Below, one piece after another: positions 45,001 through 57,200 of a DNA stretch of 64,000 nucleotides (position 1 is the stretch's first letter; every line of letters starts with the position of its first letter). The notes under the pieces are model-generated. The model was not told the origin of the DNA and did no database searches. It worked only from the letters and a program-made list of their open reading frames with translations. This stretch comes from Lingula anatina (Eukaryota > Animalia > Brachiopoda). The position numbers were made by a program, and so were the translations under genes. The stretch spans positions 35,966,401-36,030,400 of the forward strand of contig CM120641.1 in the NCBI GenBank assembly GCA_051362555.1, in the 5' to 3' direction.

Positions 45001-48000
45001 GGACCCCTCCATTCCACTGTAGCAGAGGGCAGGCTAAGAGTGGCTGACTCATATACATATGGAGCCCAGGTTATGTTAGCACGCTTATAGGGTGAAATCT
45101 ATTTAAAAAAAAAAAAGAAGCATTATATAAGTTCTTTTTTTCTGAAATTAAACACATGTACTGCAAAAGGCAGCTGTACTTCAGAAAATAGGAATTTAAC
45201 TTGAGAACAAATCTTTTCTCATAGAAATAAATATAACACAAATATGCATAATTTTATACAAAATAAAATAAATATGAACAAACACACCTCTGTAATATTC
45301 AACACATGATAAGGTGCTATGTGTATATAGCCAGTGTCATCTCCTGAGGTTTCTACAGTGGTTACTGTGGTTTTGTTGCCAGTGAATGTGAGATGAGAAC
45401 CACCATACACCTCCACTAAAGTGAAGTCAAATTCAAAGTCATCTCTAGGAGGTATAAGATATGCAATGCCACCTGAAAGTACATAAGATTAAGTATTACT
45501 GCAGGTATACATGTAGGCAGCATCTAGTCATTCCACCCCTAAATGAGACCCCCAATTTATACAGCATTTAAAGCTCACTATACTGAGTAATCTATGGTTC
45601 TAGAACCATACTCTAATGTAAAGGAATGTTATACTTAAGTATTTGAAATACTTTAATTAATTATCACTTAAGCACCCTGAGTATACATTATTCAAAGGCA
45701 AAAAAAAATATGCCACTATTACTGCAGACAGTAGACCAGTGGCTAGCACATTTTTGTTGAACAACGCTCATACCTGTTTCCATGTACTTTGCATAGTCTT
45801 CTGCAGCTGCCCTGTAACCATTTTCTGACACCCCATTTGGCATGGTAACCTGAAATATACATGTAGTTTACACTAAAGCAAAGTAACTCCTTAGGCCCGT
45901 AGCTACCCTGAGTGTCAGAGACTTTTAACCATTAAATACCACTGTCAATTTTTCGCACGCTAAATGAGTTTGTCTCGGCGTATTTCCCAAATGTGAATCA
46001 CCACGTACGTAATGTAAACGGTTGAATGAAACAGTTATATAGTCCACAGCGGGTTGTAACACCTGATTTCAATAAAATCGATTCTTTGAAACGTCCGGGG
46101 TTTGGACTTCAATGTGGAGTACGTCACGCTGGAAGAGGACCACGCGTATTGATGACGTCATGACCACATTACCCTGCCCCCCCCCCCCCCCCCCCCCCGC
46201 CACGCGATTTTTTTACACGCATTAGGCTCTTACTGAAATCCTCTCAACAAAAACAATTCATGTTCAAAACTTCAACCAACGTTTTACTTTTTTTAAGTAC
46301 ATGTAGGCCTACTGGGTATGCACCTTTTTTCTTTTTTTCTCCAGGTATACCCTACATTTAACTTAATTTTTATTTTATGATTTTGTTTGTGTAGACATTT
46401 TCATCTTAAACTTTTCACCTTAAACTTTAAAAATTTATTAATAAATCTATTTGACCTATTTAAACTATTTGTTTATCGATTTATGGCAATTCGCTAGTAA
46501 ACCACAGCGTCTGGTTTAGTCCTACCTTTGGTAGCTGACACCTGTTGTCGACTCGTAAAATTTTGTTGTGCGGTGTTATGCAGTAAAAATACGTGATTCC
46601 TGGACCCCCTGCCTCATAACCTGTTCCACCTGAACGAAATAATACAAAAAAATAATACAAGATGATAGTTTCGAGACTTAGTAGCCTATAGGGCCTACAT
46701 GTAGGCTACAGTAAAACGAAGTCATATGAATCCCCAGCGTCTAACAATATATAAAAGTGACCATTAACTTCATTTTTCCAAGTCCATTTTGAATATACTG
46801 GAAGGAAGGAAGCCGCCTTTTTCATCAAAATATCTTAATCTGTATGTAGTCCTATACATGATTCATTTTGAAGTACAACCGACATGAGTAACCTCTTTCA
46901 ACATCTTTACGTTTCCCAGATTTTACCGCTCTCTTTTTCCGACCATTCAGTGGAAAGAATATGCAGGTTTTAGATAAATTTCACTGAATAAATTTGCTTT
47001 TCCAAACTATAAAGACCTACCTTTTGAATAGACATTCCCTGTTTTAAAATCACCAGACCTCATGTGTACCACCACAACTCCTCCCGCGCCGCCACCACCT
47101 TTGACGTGCCCGGCACCTCCATTACAATTTATACGACCTCCGCCGGTGAAATGAGATGCGTTGAGCCATAAAGATCCAGCGCTACCACCCCCAGCTTCAT
47201 TGGCCTACAAAAAATGTATTTAGGTTTAATAATGTGGATTACACTACAGTATACGCAAATTTTATATATATATATCATAAAAAAAAATAAATTCCCTTTT
47301 TATGGGCGGCGTTTTAGCGCGAATTTAACAAGTTTTACTGTATCACTGTGAATTAACAAGTAAAATCTTATTAAGGTGGTTATAAAAATATTGTTTAACA
47401 AAAATATTACCGTAGCACTGTCCCCATTCATAGAAAGTGCACCATCAAGGACCAAACTGCCAGTAATGGACATCTTCATACGGCCTCCACCTCTTCCGCC
47501 GCCAATGGAACCGCCTCCGCCGCTACCCCAAATACCCAACTCATATATGCTAGCATAGGGTAGGTTCTGGGCCAAGGCTCCAGCCCCTCTTCCTCCACGG
47601 CCTCCGTGGCTACCGCCTGAGGACCCCGAGACCAAAGGCATCCCAGCACCTAATAGAAATAAATGAGAGCGGTGCCACAAAAAAATAACAGATGGACATG
47701 GCGAAAAACTTCCTCATAGATTAGATGAAAGTGGTATGTTTTCCTCTTGAGACCAAGTATCACAAAGGCGACAACTTAAGACCTAAACGAAATGAAAAAA
47801 CGAAATTTTCCAATTGATTGTACAATTACAATCATAAATAATGAACAGTTCAGAGCTTTGAGTCAAAAAGAAATATGACGCCTACCTGGACCTTCGTTTG
47901 GCAATGAACCGCCGCCACTGACGTCTATGACACCACCGCTGCTCACAGTCACATACGTAGATGTGATATCTAGAGAACCTGCTCGCAACGTTCCTGCCAC

Positions 48001-51000
48001 TGTAATCCTGTGGAGCAATAAAACTGAACTAGCAGATCCCTTACTCTGTGCAATGGGCGTCCCTCTCGATTCTGCATCCAGCACTCCACCCTGGTGGATA
48101 TTAAGAAGACCTCCCATGTCCGATGTGGCATTCAGAGGTAATGGCTTGAATGTGAGCGTCAAGGGTTTGAAGGATTTCACGGTCCCATTGATGATAAATC
48201 GATCGATTTTATAAGTGCCGTTTGGGTAAAAAGTGAATAGCCCTGGGATCAAGACGTTTAGATCGGAAATTCCATCAGCGATGCTAAGATACGCTCCGTG
48301 GAATGTCCCTTTAACTGTAAGGCTGTATGCTCGCAGAATAGACGACACGTTACGCGGTGCATCTTCAGCACCTCCGTTGGTATCAAGACTGACTACGCCA
48401 GTTTCGGCAATGTAAAACAGTACTTCATGTTCCTTTTCAGGAAGTTTACTCCTTATCCTGACGGGCGTGAATGTAACCATTTTTCCGTGAACAGTAATGG
48501 TGTTGGCCACAAAGTCACTTACAGGTTCAAAACTGAAGATGCCTCCCGCAGACGCAATGTTCAGTTCATCCCAACCCGGTCTAACGTGTTCCGAGTTATC
48601 TACCTGAAGGGCACCTGCCTTGAATGTACCTTCTACAATGACCTGGTGGGCTGCTATGTTGGATGTATTCGACCAGGAGTGGTTATTTTGCCCTGGCTCA
48701 TCTAAAATTAAGCGCCCAGTTGAGTTTACTCGAAGCAATACGACTGCCACTTTGCTACGGCCACCCCTCATTGTGATTGGATTTAAAACTGTCATGCTTC
48801 CTGCAATTATATTCATTGGACAGTAAAAAGTTCCTACTGCGGTAAATGTAAAATTGCCAGTCCTGCCAACTGTCAACGAGTCCCATTCTTCTCCAACGGA
48901 AAGGTCTTTTCCGTCCAGCAGACCATCTATTACCACGTCTACTGCTCTTATGATATTGTAGTCAAATGTATCTGTCGAGACATTTCCTGAAACATTTGTT
49001 GCCGGAAACATTTGGCTATTTTGCGAGTCGAGATACAGCTTACCGTTATCGGCATGTGCTTCTGAACTATGAATGATAAACGTGTGGACCCTGTCGGCAT
49101 GGTTCTTACTCGTAAATATAACTTTATTTCTGACTACCATGGTACCTGCAATTGACACGCTATCACTGGCGATTGGTCCTTTAGCTGTGACGGAAAACTG
49201 TCCAACCGGGCCCACCTGCAGGGCACTTGTTCTTGAGCCGAATTCTAAAGGACCACTTGGACGGAAGACACCATTTATGGTCACCTTAATGCAATCAAGG
49301 GTTGTAACACCATTTCCATTCCACGAGAGCGACCCACCAGCTTCAATCACGAAACTATCACATGGTATCAAAATGTTTAGTTCCGACCCGAGTCTCAGCG
49401 TGCCCAGAATACTGATTTCTCGACCAAGATGTTCATCTTGTGTTGCTGGCGTGAATCCGACATTACCAGAGGGTCCAACTGTAAATTTGGACCAGTTCTC
49501 TGTATTAAGGATATCTACTTGAAAGTAACCGCCAATGTTCACTTCTTGGGCATTCATTGACGTTACATCTTGGGTAAGTACTGTTACATTGCTATGAGCA
49601 TATGTATGGAAAACATTACCCTGAAAGTGAAATGTGTTGGTTTGGAAACGGCCACGGATGTGCATCTGTTCTGTGTTGACCGAAGTATTGCAGGCAACAT
49701 TCAAATCAGAATTAGTCTCGAGAACGGTCATGTCGTTAGAACTGCTTGCGATATTTAAGCTGTATCCACAGGACCCTGGCGCGGAAGATGCCCCCAGGAC
49801 AAAACGCGTGTAAGGTTTCAGCACCAGGCTCTGAAGTACAACGGTTTGATCACTTGTTGACACCAGTTCAACTGTTCGGGACTGCGAACTAGATAGTCCA
49901 TTTTTACCAATTTGGAGATTATGGGTGTGACCATCTATTAATCTACCCCAGAATTTTACATCCCCATTGATTATGTGAGTAGGATCGCCAACTAGTTCAA
50001 TGCTCGCCCTCTCGTACACGAAGGTGCGCGCTGACAATTCATTGCCCAGTCGTAACGTGCTTGTCCCAGTAACGTAAAACGTAGAAGTGTCGTCGGCTGT
50101 GATGAGCGATGCATCCATTGAATTTTGTGTCAGAACGACATGTGCGCCGTTCATGAGACGAATGATTTCGAATGCTTGGTCTGTTGAATCTTCGACTATC
50201 CAAGTTGCGCCGCCTGTAATGGAATGGTATTCTTTTATTGTGTTTTGAAACAGCTATGACCAAATGGATCAGATTTTTTAGTCTATGACATAAATAACAT
50301 TAATAAAAGAAAGTGAAAAGTCAATTACAAAAAGAACTGCCCCACATTTAAGCCTCCGTCGAAATAATTATTAGGAATCAGCAGGAATCAAGCAGAACCA
50401 GCCGGAATGACAAAATTTAAAAACTCGTACTACATTCGGGAAGAAATTTCAAATTGACCTAAATTCTTGTAAGAATGCCGTTGAAATACCTGAATCCGCC
50501 TGGAATAATTTGTGCACATTTCGGCTGTATTAGCTCTCAAATGCAGCTCGAATGTAGTTGGAAAACTAGGAATATCAATAATGCTGTCAGAATGCACTCA
50601 GAATATTTAGAATACACTTTGAATGCCGTACGAGTGTAGTTTGATTGCTGGCTAAAATAGGATCGAGATGCATTCGAGATGCATTCTGGCTCATTCTAGC
50701 AGGATTTGAAGTGTCTTGCCATTTCGGTTCTTCCTCGAATGTGATCAGAATATTTAGAATGCAGTCATAGTGCAGTTAGAATACTATTCAAATGCCATTA
50801 GATAATTTTCCACTTGGAATGCACTTCGAAAGTTTTTAACATGAACAAAACATTCGGGCCGGCCACAAGAATGGGTAAAAATATTTGCACTCGGAATTTT
50901 TAGAATGCTCTTCGAATTTCCAGGAACGCACAAAGAATTGTCATTCCGACGGCATTCTTGCTCATTCCGCCTCTAGTGTTACGTGGGTATTACCTGACAC

Positions 51001-51170
51001 ATCGGGTGTTGGTCTGCTGCAATCCGGGGTTCTTTTTACAAAGACAGATTTCCCAGCGTTATCAATCTGTATTTCACCAATTCCGCTTCCGGGCTGATAC
51101 TCTGCCACAGTGCCAGCACCCCCTTGTTCACCTAAAAGAATAAACATATGAATATCCAAGAATTAGCAAA

Positions 51171-51219
<49 letters not shown>

Positions 51220-54200
51220 GTAAGGTTACTAAAGAAGTTAATATAAGGCTCGGAAAAAATTACTTAAAAAGCATGTGAATACTGTAGAGATTTTCATAAC
51301 ATTGAAAACAGAACCTTATGTGAGCTAAACGTGTGATATTGTTAGCAGCATGGCTCTATACTAAGGTAAAAAGTAAAGTTTATTTGGTGACATTTTACAT
51401 AGATGCATCCGTTCGTACTTGTAATAAATTGTTGTTTTTTTTACTGAGTTTCGAACATTTTACTAACCTTTGTCTTGATTGGAGCATGTAGTTCCTGTTA
51501 TGATGGAGTCGTTAGCTGAAAGTTGGAATACTTATCAGTAAAACATCAATTTGATGTAGCCTACACATGAAATTGTTCCTTTAAAGTTAACATATAAAAA
51601 GGATAGTCCAACATATCTCTGTGTCCTTGCAACAAGGACTCGGAAAATTATACTTCTTTTTTTTTCTCAAATCTTATTACCAACACTTCTGAATAGTCTA
51701 ATTCATGTTATTTGATGGGTAATTTGCGTCATTCTACCGTTTCTTTAGATTCTAACGGTTAGATATGTCGACGACATTCATTGTCATTAACTTGCCTTGG
51801 TTGTCTGAATTCCAAAAGATGCCTTTTTTAAAAAGATAATTCCAATGTTTTAGGACAATGAAAAAAATTTACCTTTCTGGTAACCACCGTACCGTACTGC
51901 CAGAAGGATATAATTATAGTAATCAGTTGGGTATATCCTGACAGCGCTTGCGAAGACCGGATGGGGGAACTGTTGAATCTTTATATTCCTACCGTCCGTA
52001 TTCCCTTGAAATGATATTCTTGTGCCACCGCTCTGTTCCTACAGCAGAATAAATTTCATTTATATATTTTAATGAGTTACATATTGCACTATCATCTTAT
52101 GATATATGTTTTTATACATGTTATATTATATACTATCTAGTAAATGATTCTAGACGCAGAACTTTTCAAACTGACGTGAAATAACTTTTTGCATTGACAT
52201 GTATTGGGATTTTATTAGAAAGCATGTTTTTGGCTTATTCAGTTATCCTTAAATGTAGGCCTATTTATTTATTCATTTAATTTGTTTGTGTCTTTATTTG
52301 TTTTTATTCATTGCATCAAAGAGAAGAAGATTTGCACAATGCGTTTACCTTATATTCATGCCACGATCCTGTGTCTGCATCTCGGTACATCAGGTAATAT
52401 CCAGTTACATAACCCTGCAATGAGCTAGATATGAAACCACGGGTTTCTATGGAAGTAACATACATAGGGTTTGCAAACCGGGTCTCTAAGTATGCACCAG
52501 AAATTGACTGAGGTTGCCAGTATCGTCCAGAATATCGAGTGAGATCGCCATAAGTATAGTCAGTCAAGTATGAATAACGGGATGAACCGGTTGTCGTTGA
52601 TGTCACTAACACATGGGTTGCGTTGCCTAAAAAACAAGTAATCAATCATGTACTAATGGATTTCTGATACACTGAAATTTGTAATTCGCTGAATAAATTT
52701 AATGTAATTTGAATCATATCAGGTCAAATGAACACTAACCTCCTAGACCTCCATAGGCGAATTTGAAACCATGGTACTGCGAGGTAGTGGTTGCATACTT
52801 CATGGCTATGCGGCCTCCTCCTCCGCCGCCGCCACCGTTCATCCCACCGCTGCCACCAACTGCAGATATGCGTCCAGTTCCAGAAATGGTTGGAGCTTCA
52901 ATGAAAATGCTGCCTCCGCTCCCACCTCCAGATACTGGATCCTTGGCGTCTTGCCCATCAGCTGCTACCGTGCCATCAATTGTTATGGTAGTGTTGGCAG
53001 ACAAGTGAATGACGCCACCGCCATTTCCCCCACCGACGCCACCACCCCCGCTGCCATATTCTAATGGCGCAACCGTACTGCCATACGCGACTGCTTCATT
53101 TGAGGAGAGAAAAATGTTTGCAGAGCTTCCACCTCTCCCTCCATAGGAACCTGAAACCAAAGGCATTTTTTCGCTTATTTTATTTCGGTAGTAGTTATCA
53201 GGGATTAGATTCTGACTAGCTGATACCCGTCATATCAATCATTGAACCATGATAAGACATTACTATCATTTTATATTAATATATATTTATAATAATAATA
53301 ATAATTATTTAAAAAAACGAAAAAGAAGCGGGAATCTAACCCCTTCCGACGTGCTTAGCAGCCAGGGACGTTACCACTTGGCCGACATGTCCTGCTTTCT
53401 GGCCCTTTGTTATTGACAATGTGTGATATCTGTCACACATGCCGAATCTTTACGGAAATTGCCCAAGGCTAGCTAATACCTTCAAAATATACTTTTAACA
53501 ATTATAATCAAATTGAAACTACGGCCACTATCTTCCCACTGCCTTATGCAGGGGCGGATCCAGGATTATTTGAAGGGGGCCCGGTTTTTATGATTCAGCT
53601 TGTCAAAATTCTAATTTCAAGAGGGAACCATTGGTTTGTTTGTTTTTTTTTCAGAAATCGAAGGGGGGGTGGGGGTGGTTAGGACCCCCCTGACACCACC
53701 ACCCCACCCCTAAATCCGCCACTGCCTATGGTATTGCTAATACCTGTCAGTTGTCAACAGATCGTTGTCGTTTAGGAGAAAATGTGAAAAAAAGACTTCA
53801 GCTGAACTGTTATTACTATATTGATTGTGAGCAGTAAAAAACAAATTAAATAAGTGATAAGATTTCAGATATAAAATTATAAGACAGGCCCCTTCCTTTT
53901 CGTCAGCATGTTCAACTGTAATGCCTGTGCGCAGTGTTACTCATTGTATATCATTTATCAAGCTCATACCACAAACTGACAAAAGTAACAAGAAACAATT
54001 TGGGTTTCGTTACTATAAGTAGCATTTCATAGTAAGGATATTCTCATAAAAAATGAATTGCGACGCTATATATATGTTGTAAGGTGAAACTCATTTTTAG
54101 TTACTGTTAGGCAGATATTGGGGAAGGGGGGAGGGGGGGGGGAACCAGCCTCCTACCTGAGCCTGGTGCTGATTTAAAAACACTTTATACACGTCACGGA

Positions 54201-57200
54201 AGTATATAATATACATAGCTGATTGTGTAATCGCTTCCAGCATATAATGCAATGATTCAGAGCTTATCTACACTCCTTGACCAGAAGATACAGGATATTA
54301 AAAAGGGAGAGCATTCCTTAATTACATGTTTATTTTTATTTTTTAGCTGGTACAATTTAAGGATACAAATAGCATGGTTCTGTGATCCGAGTGTGCCCTT
54401 TCTAAACTTTTCAGAATGAACATGTTATTTTATTTTGGATATCGGAATGTACTCGGAAATGAAGCCATGCAAAATTTTATGTGCTGTTTATGGTCTTCTC
54501 ACTTAACGTTCCATAGGTAATCAACGTGAGATTCGGCTTCTTTAAAACCGTATATAACCTGTGTGCTAAAGCCTCGATTAACTTACTTGCTTCAAACATC
54601 TTATCTTGCTCAGTTTTATTTTATATGCGTTTGTTAATTGATCTCTAAGTTTAAGATGTTTTCTTGAATGGACAATAATTAAACTTTGTGACTTGGGTGG
54701 ACATTCCATTTTTGTTTCCTTCAAATCGAATAAAAAAGCATATCCAATTATCATTGAACACACGTGCGTGCGCGCACACACACACACATACACACAAACA
54801 GATAGAAAAAGAGACATACGCACATAAAGCATTACCATGCCAACTGAATATTTAGTTTTTTTTTTTTTAATGCCAATTGACACTCTTATTAAAAACTGCT
54901 TTCCGTCGCTTATCATGTTGCCATAAAATTGTATTTGTTTATGCGTACCTGATTACCAGCAAGTCTTCGTTGCGTCATACTTTAGTGCCGTTATTGATCA
55001 TTCAGATTTGCAGTTTTATTACCCGGTCAATTATAATTAAAAACGTAAAATCTCACATGAGTTTGGCAAAAATAAAAGCTGTCTTGACTAGTCAAATATA
55101 AATCATATATATAAATTACATTGTGAATCTCATAATAATGCCTGTCATAAATCTGGTATCTGTTATTGTGAACTGGTCGGTTCTTTGACATTGCCATTTG
55201 ACATTGAGCCGCCGCACCTCGACAAAATGCAAACACTTAAATAATCATTTAATGTGACAAATACCACTTCGGCCTATCCTTTTACTTGTCCTTGACAGAC
55301 AACCAAAGCGTCAACAATAAACACCTTTGTTGTTTCTGATCAGAATTCATTTTCGATATGTCTTTACGTTGTGTGTATTTGAGTGTGAGTGTGTGTTTGT
55401 AAGGTTTTGTGTGCGCGCGTATGTGTGTGTGTGCACTTTTTTATTCTATCTTTATTTTATATCATTTCTATTTTGCAAATTGTGATTTGATCAAGATCAC
55501 CGGCAAACACAACTGTCCTTGCGGCGTTATCAACTGTTGTCAGACCTCACGCAACCAGCCGGTATGTCCCTATTTTTACCATACGACTTGTGTGCACGCG
55601 TGCGATTGTCTGGCCCAGTACAGTATTTTAAATATAGATAAATTTAAGCTAGATGGGAGGTAAATTTATCAAAACCACACGAACCCTTTTAAACCACAGC
55701 GGTTAAAAAATTTGTTAGATATATAACGACGGTTTTAAAGGAAATAGAAAATAATTGTCTCAAAATCAATTTTATATAAGGTATCTTATCTGGGATTTTT
55801 ATGTCAAATCGAACATTCCTTGAAAAAAATCATTTTCTGCTACTTCTCCTTCCATACTTAGATCATACATTGTAAACATGACCGGGTATAACTAATGAAT
55901 GATAACGGCAACAGATACCGGCTCGAGCCAGTTTCATCTCGTAAAAATGTACCTGTCTCGAAAGGCAGTGACCCAATTAACTTTCGACAACACGTTTGTG
56001 TTGAAATACTAAACCTTGAGGCCATTGGAAATAAAATCCGATTTGGTTTGGAGGGTTTTCATACCTCGAGTTTTTCTAACAGCTAAAACACCAACAAAAG
56101 AAAAACACGACAGCTAAGGCGATTGAAGTTGCTTGTATTTATGAACCACGACTGATTTACTTACGATTTTGAATTGCTTAATAGACTAGAAAATGTTTTA
56201 TCGAGAAGGTTGATTACAATAATGAGAGGTATGTCGCAAACTTGATAGCATGTGTTGACTTTTGATAAAACATTTGAGAACATTCTGTTTATCTACCAAG
56301 GCCAGACACAATACATATACCTGAGTATAGCAGTAGTGCATTCGCACCTTGACTTTAAAAAAACATGTTCACCTCGCTGCGTTTGGATCTTCTGCACGCA
56401 GCGCCAATTTTTTGAAAAGCTAAGGGTGGAGATTGGGTGGGGGTGGGGAGTTCCCTTTGCGCACCTATCGCATAAGCTTATTTATGCGTTAAAAAAGACA
56501 TTTTATTTCGAAAGAGTGCTTGAGTGACTGATTCTTACTGAAATCTGGATGAATATTCAGGGATGGCGTTTAAAAAACTATATTACTATACTATATGTGA
56601 CTTTTATCAAATGAAATTAGTCTATCTAACCATATATAACCATGGAAAAAAAGATATAAAAAAGGATATATTCCGGTGTTTTAAAAGTTTTTCTAGGTGT
56701 CCTATTGCTTAATCTCTCGTATAACCTAATGGCTAGATTTTTGGGTGAAAACATCATTTTCGGTGAACAAATCCAACAGAAATGCGTACATACTGTATGT
56801 GCCTGAAACGAAATACTATACTCTCACAGATTTTTGACAAAAGTTAGGAAGAAAACGCTAACATAGTTCTCACAACGTATAATTACTATCCTTACCACCA
56901 GATCCCGAGGACGTGCCCCCGCCCCTGCCGCTCCCGGCAGCGTATCCCTGGCCGGAAGATAGCACTTTGCCTGTCCTTCCTATGGTCAATGACCCCGTGG
57001 ACCGAAGACTAACGTTATGTCCAGTGTCCAGCTGGTCACTTAGAAACCATACTGTCCCATCGATATTAATATCATTGAAAACGTGCACTCCAGGGTGTAG
57101 GTTGCATGAGCTCCCAGCGGCTACCACGAGTCGTCCTTCTCCATCCTCTGCACATGTTAACCCATTTGTCAGCCGTGTTAATCCGCAAAGTAAAACGCAG

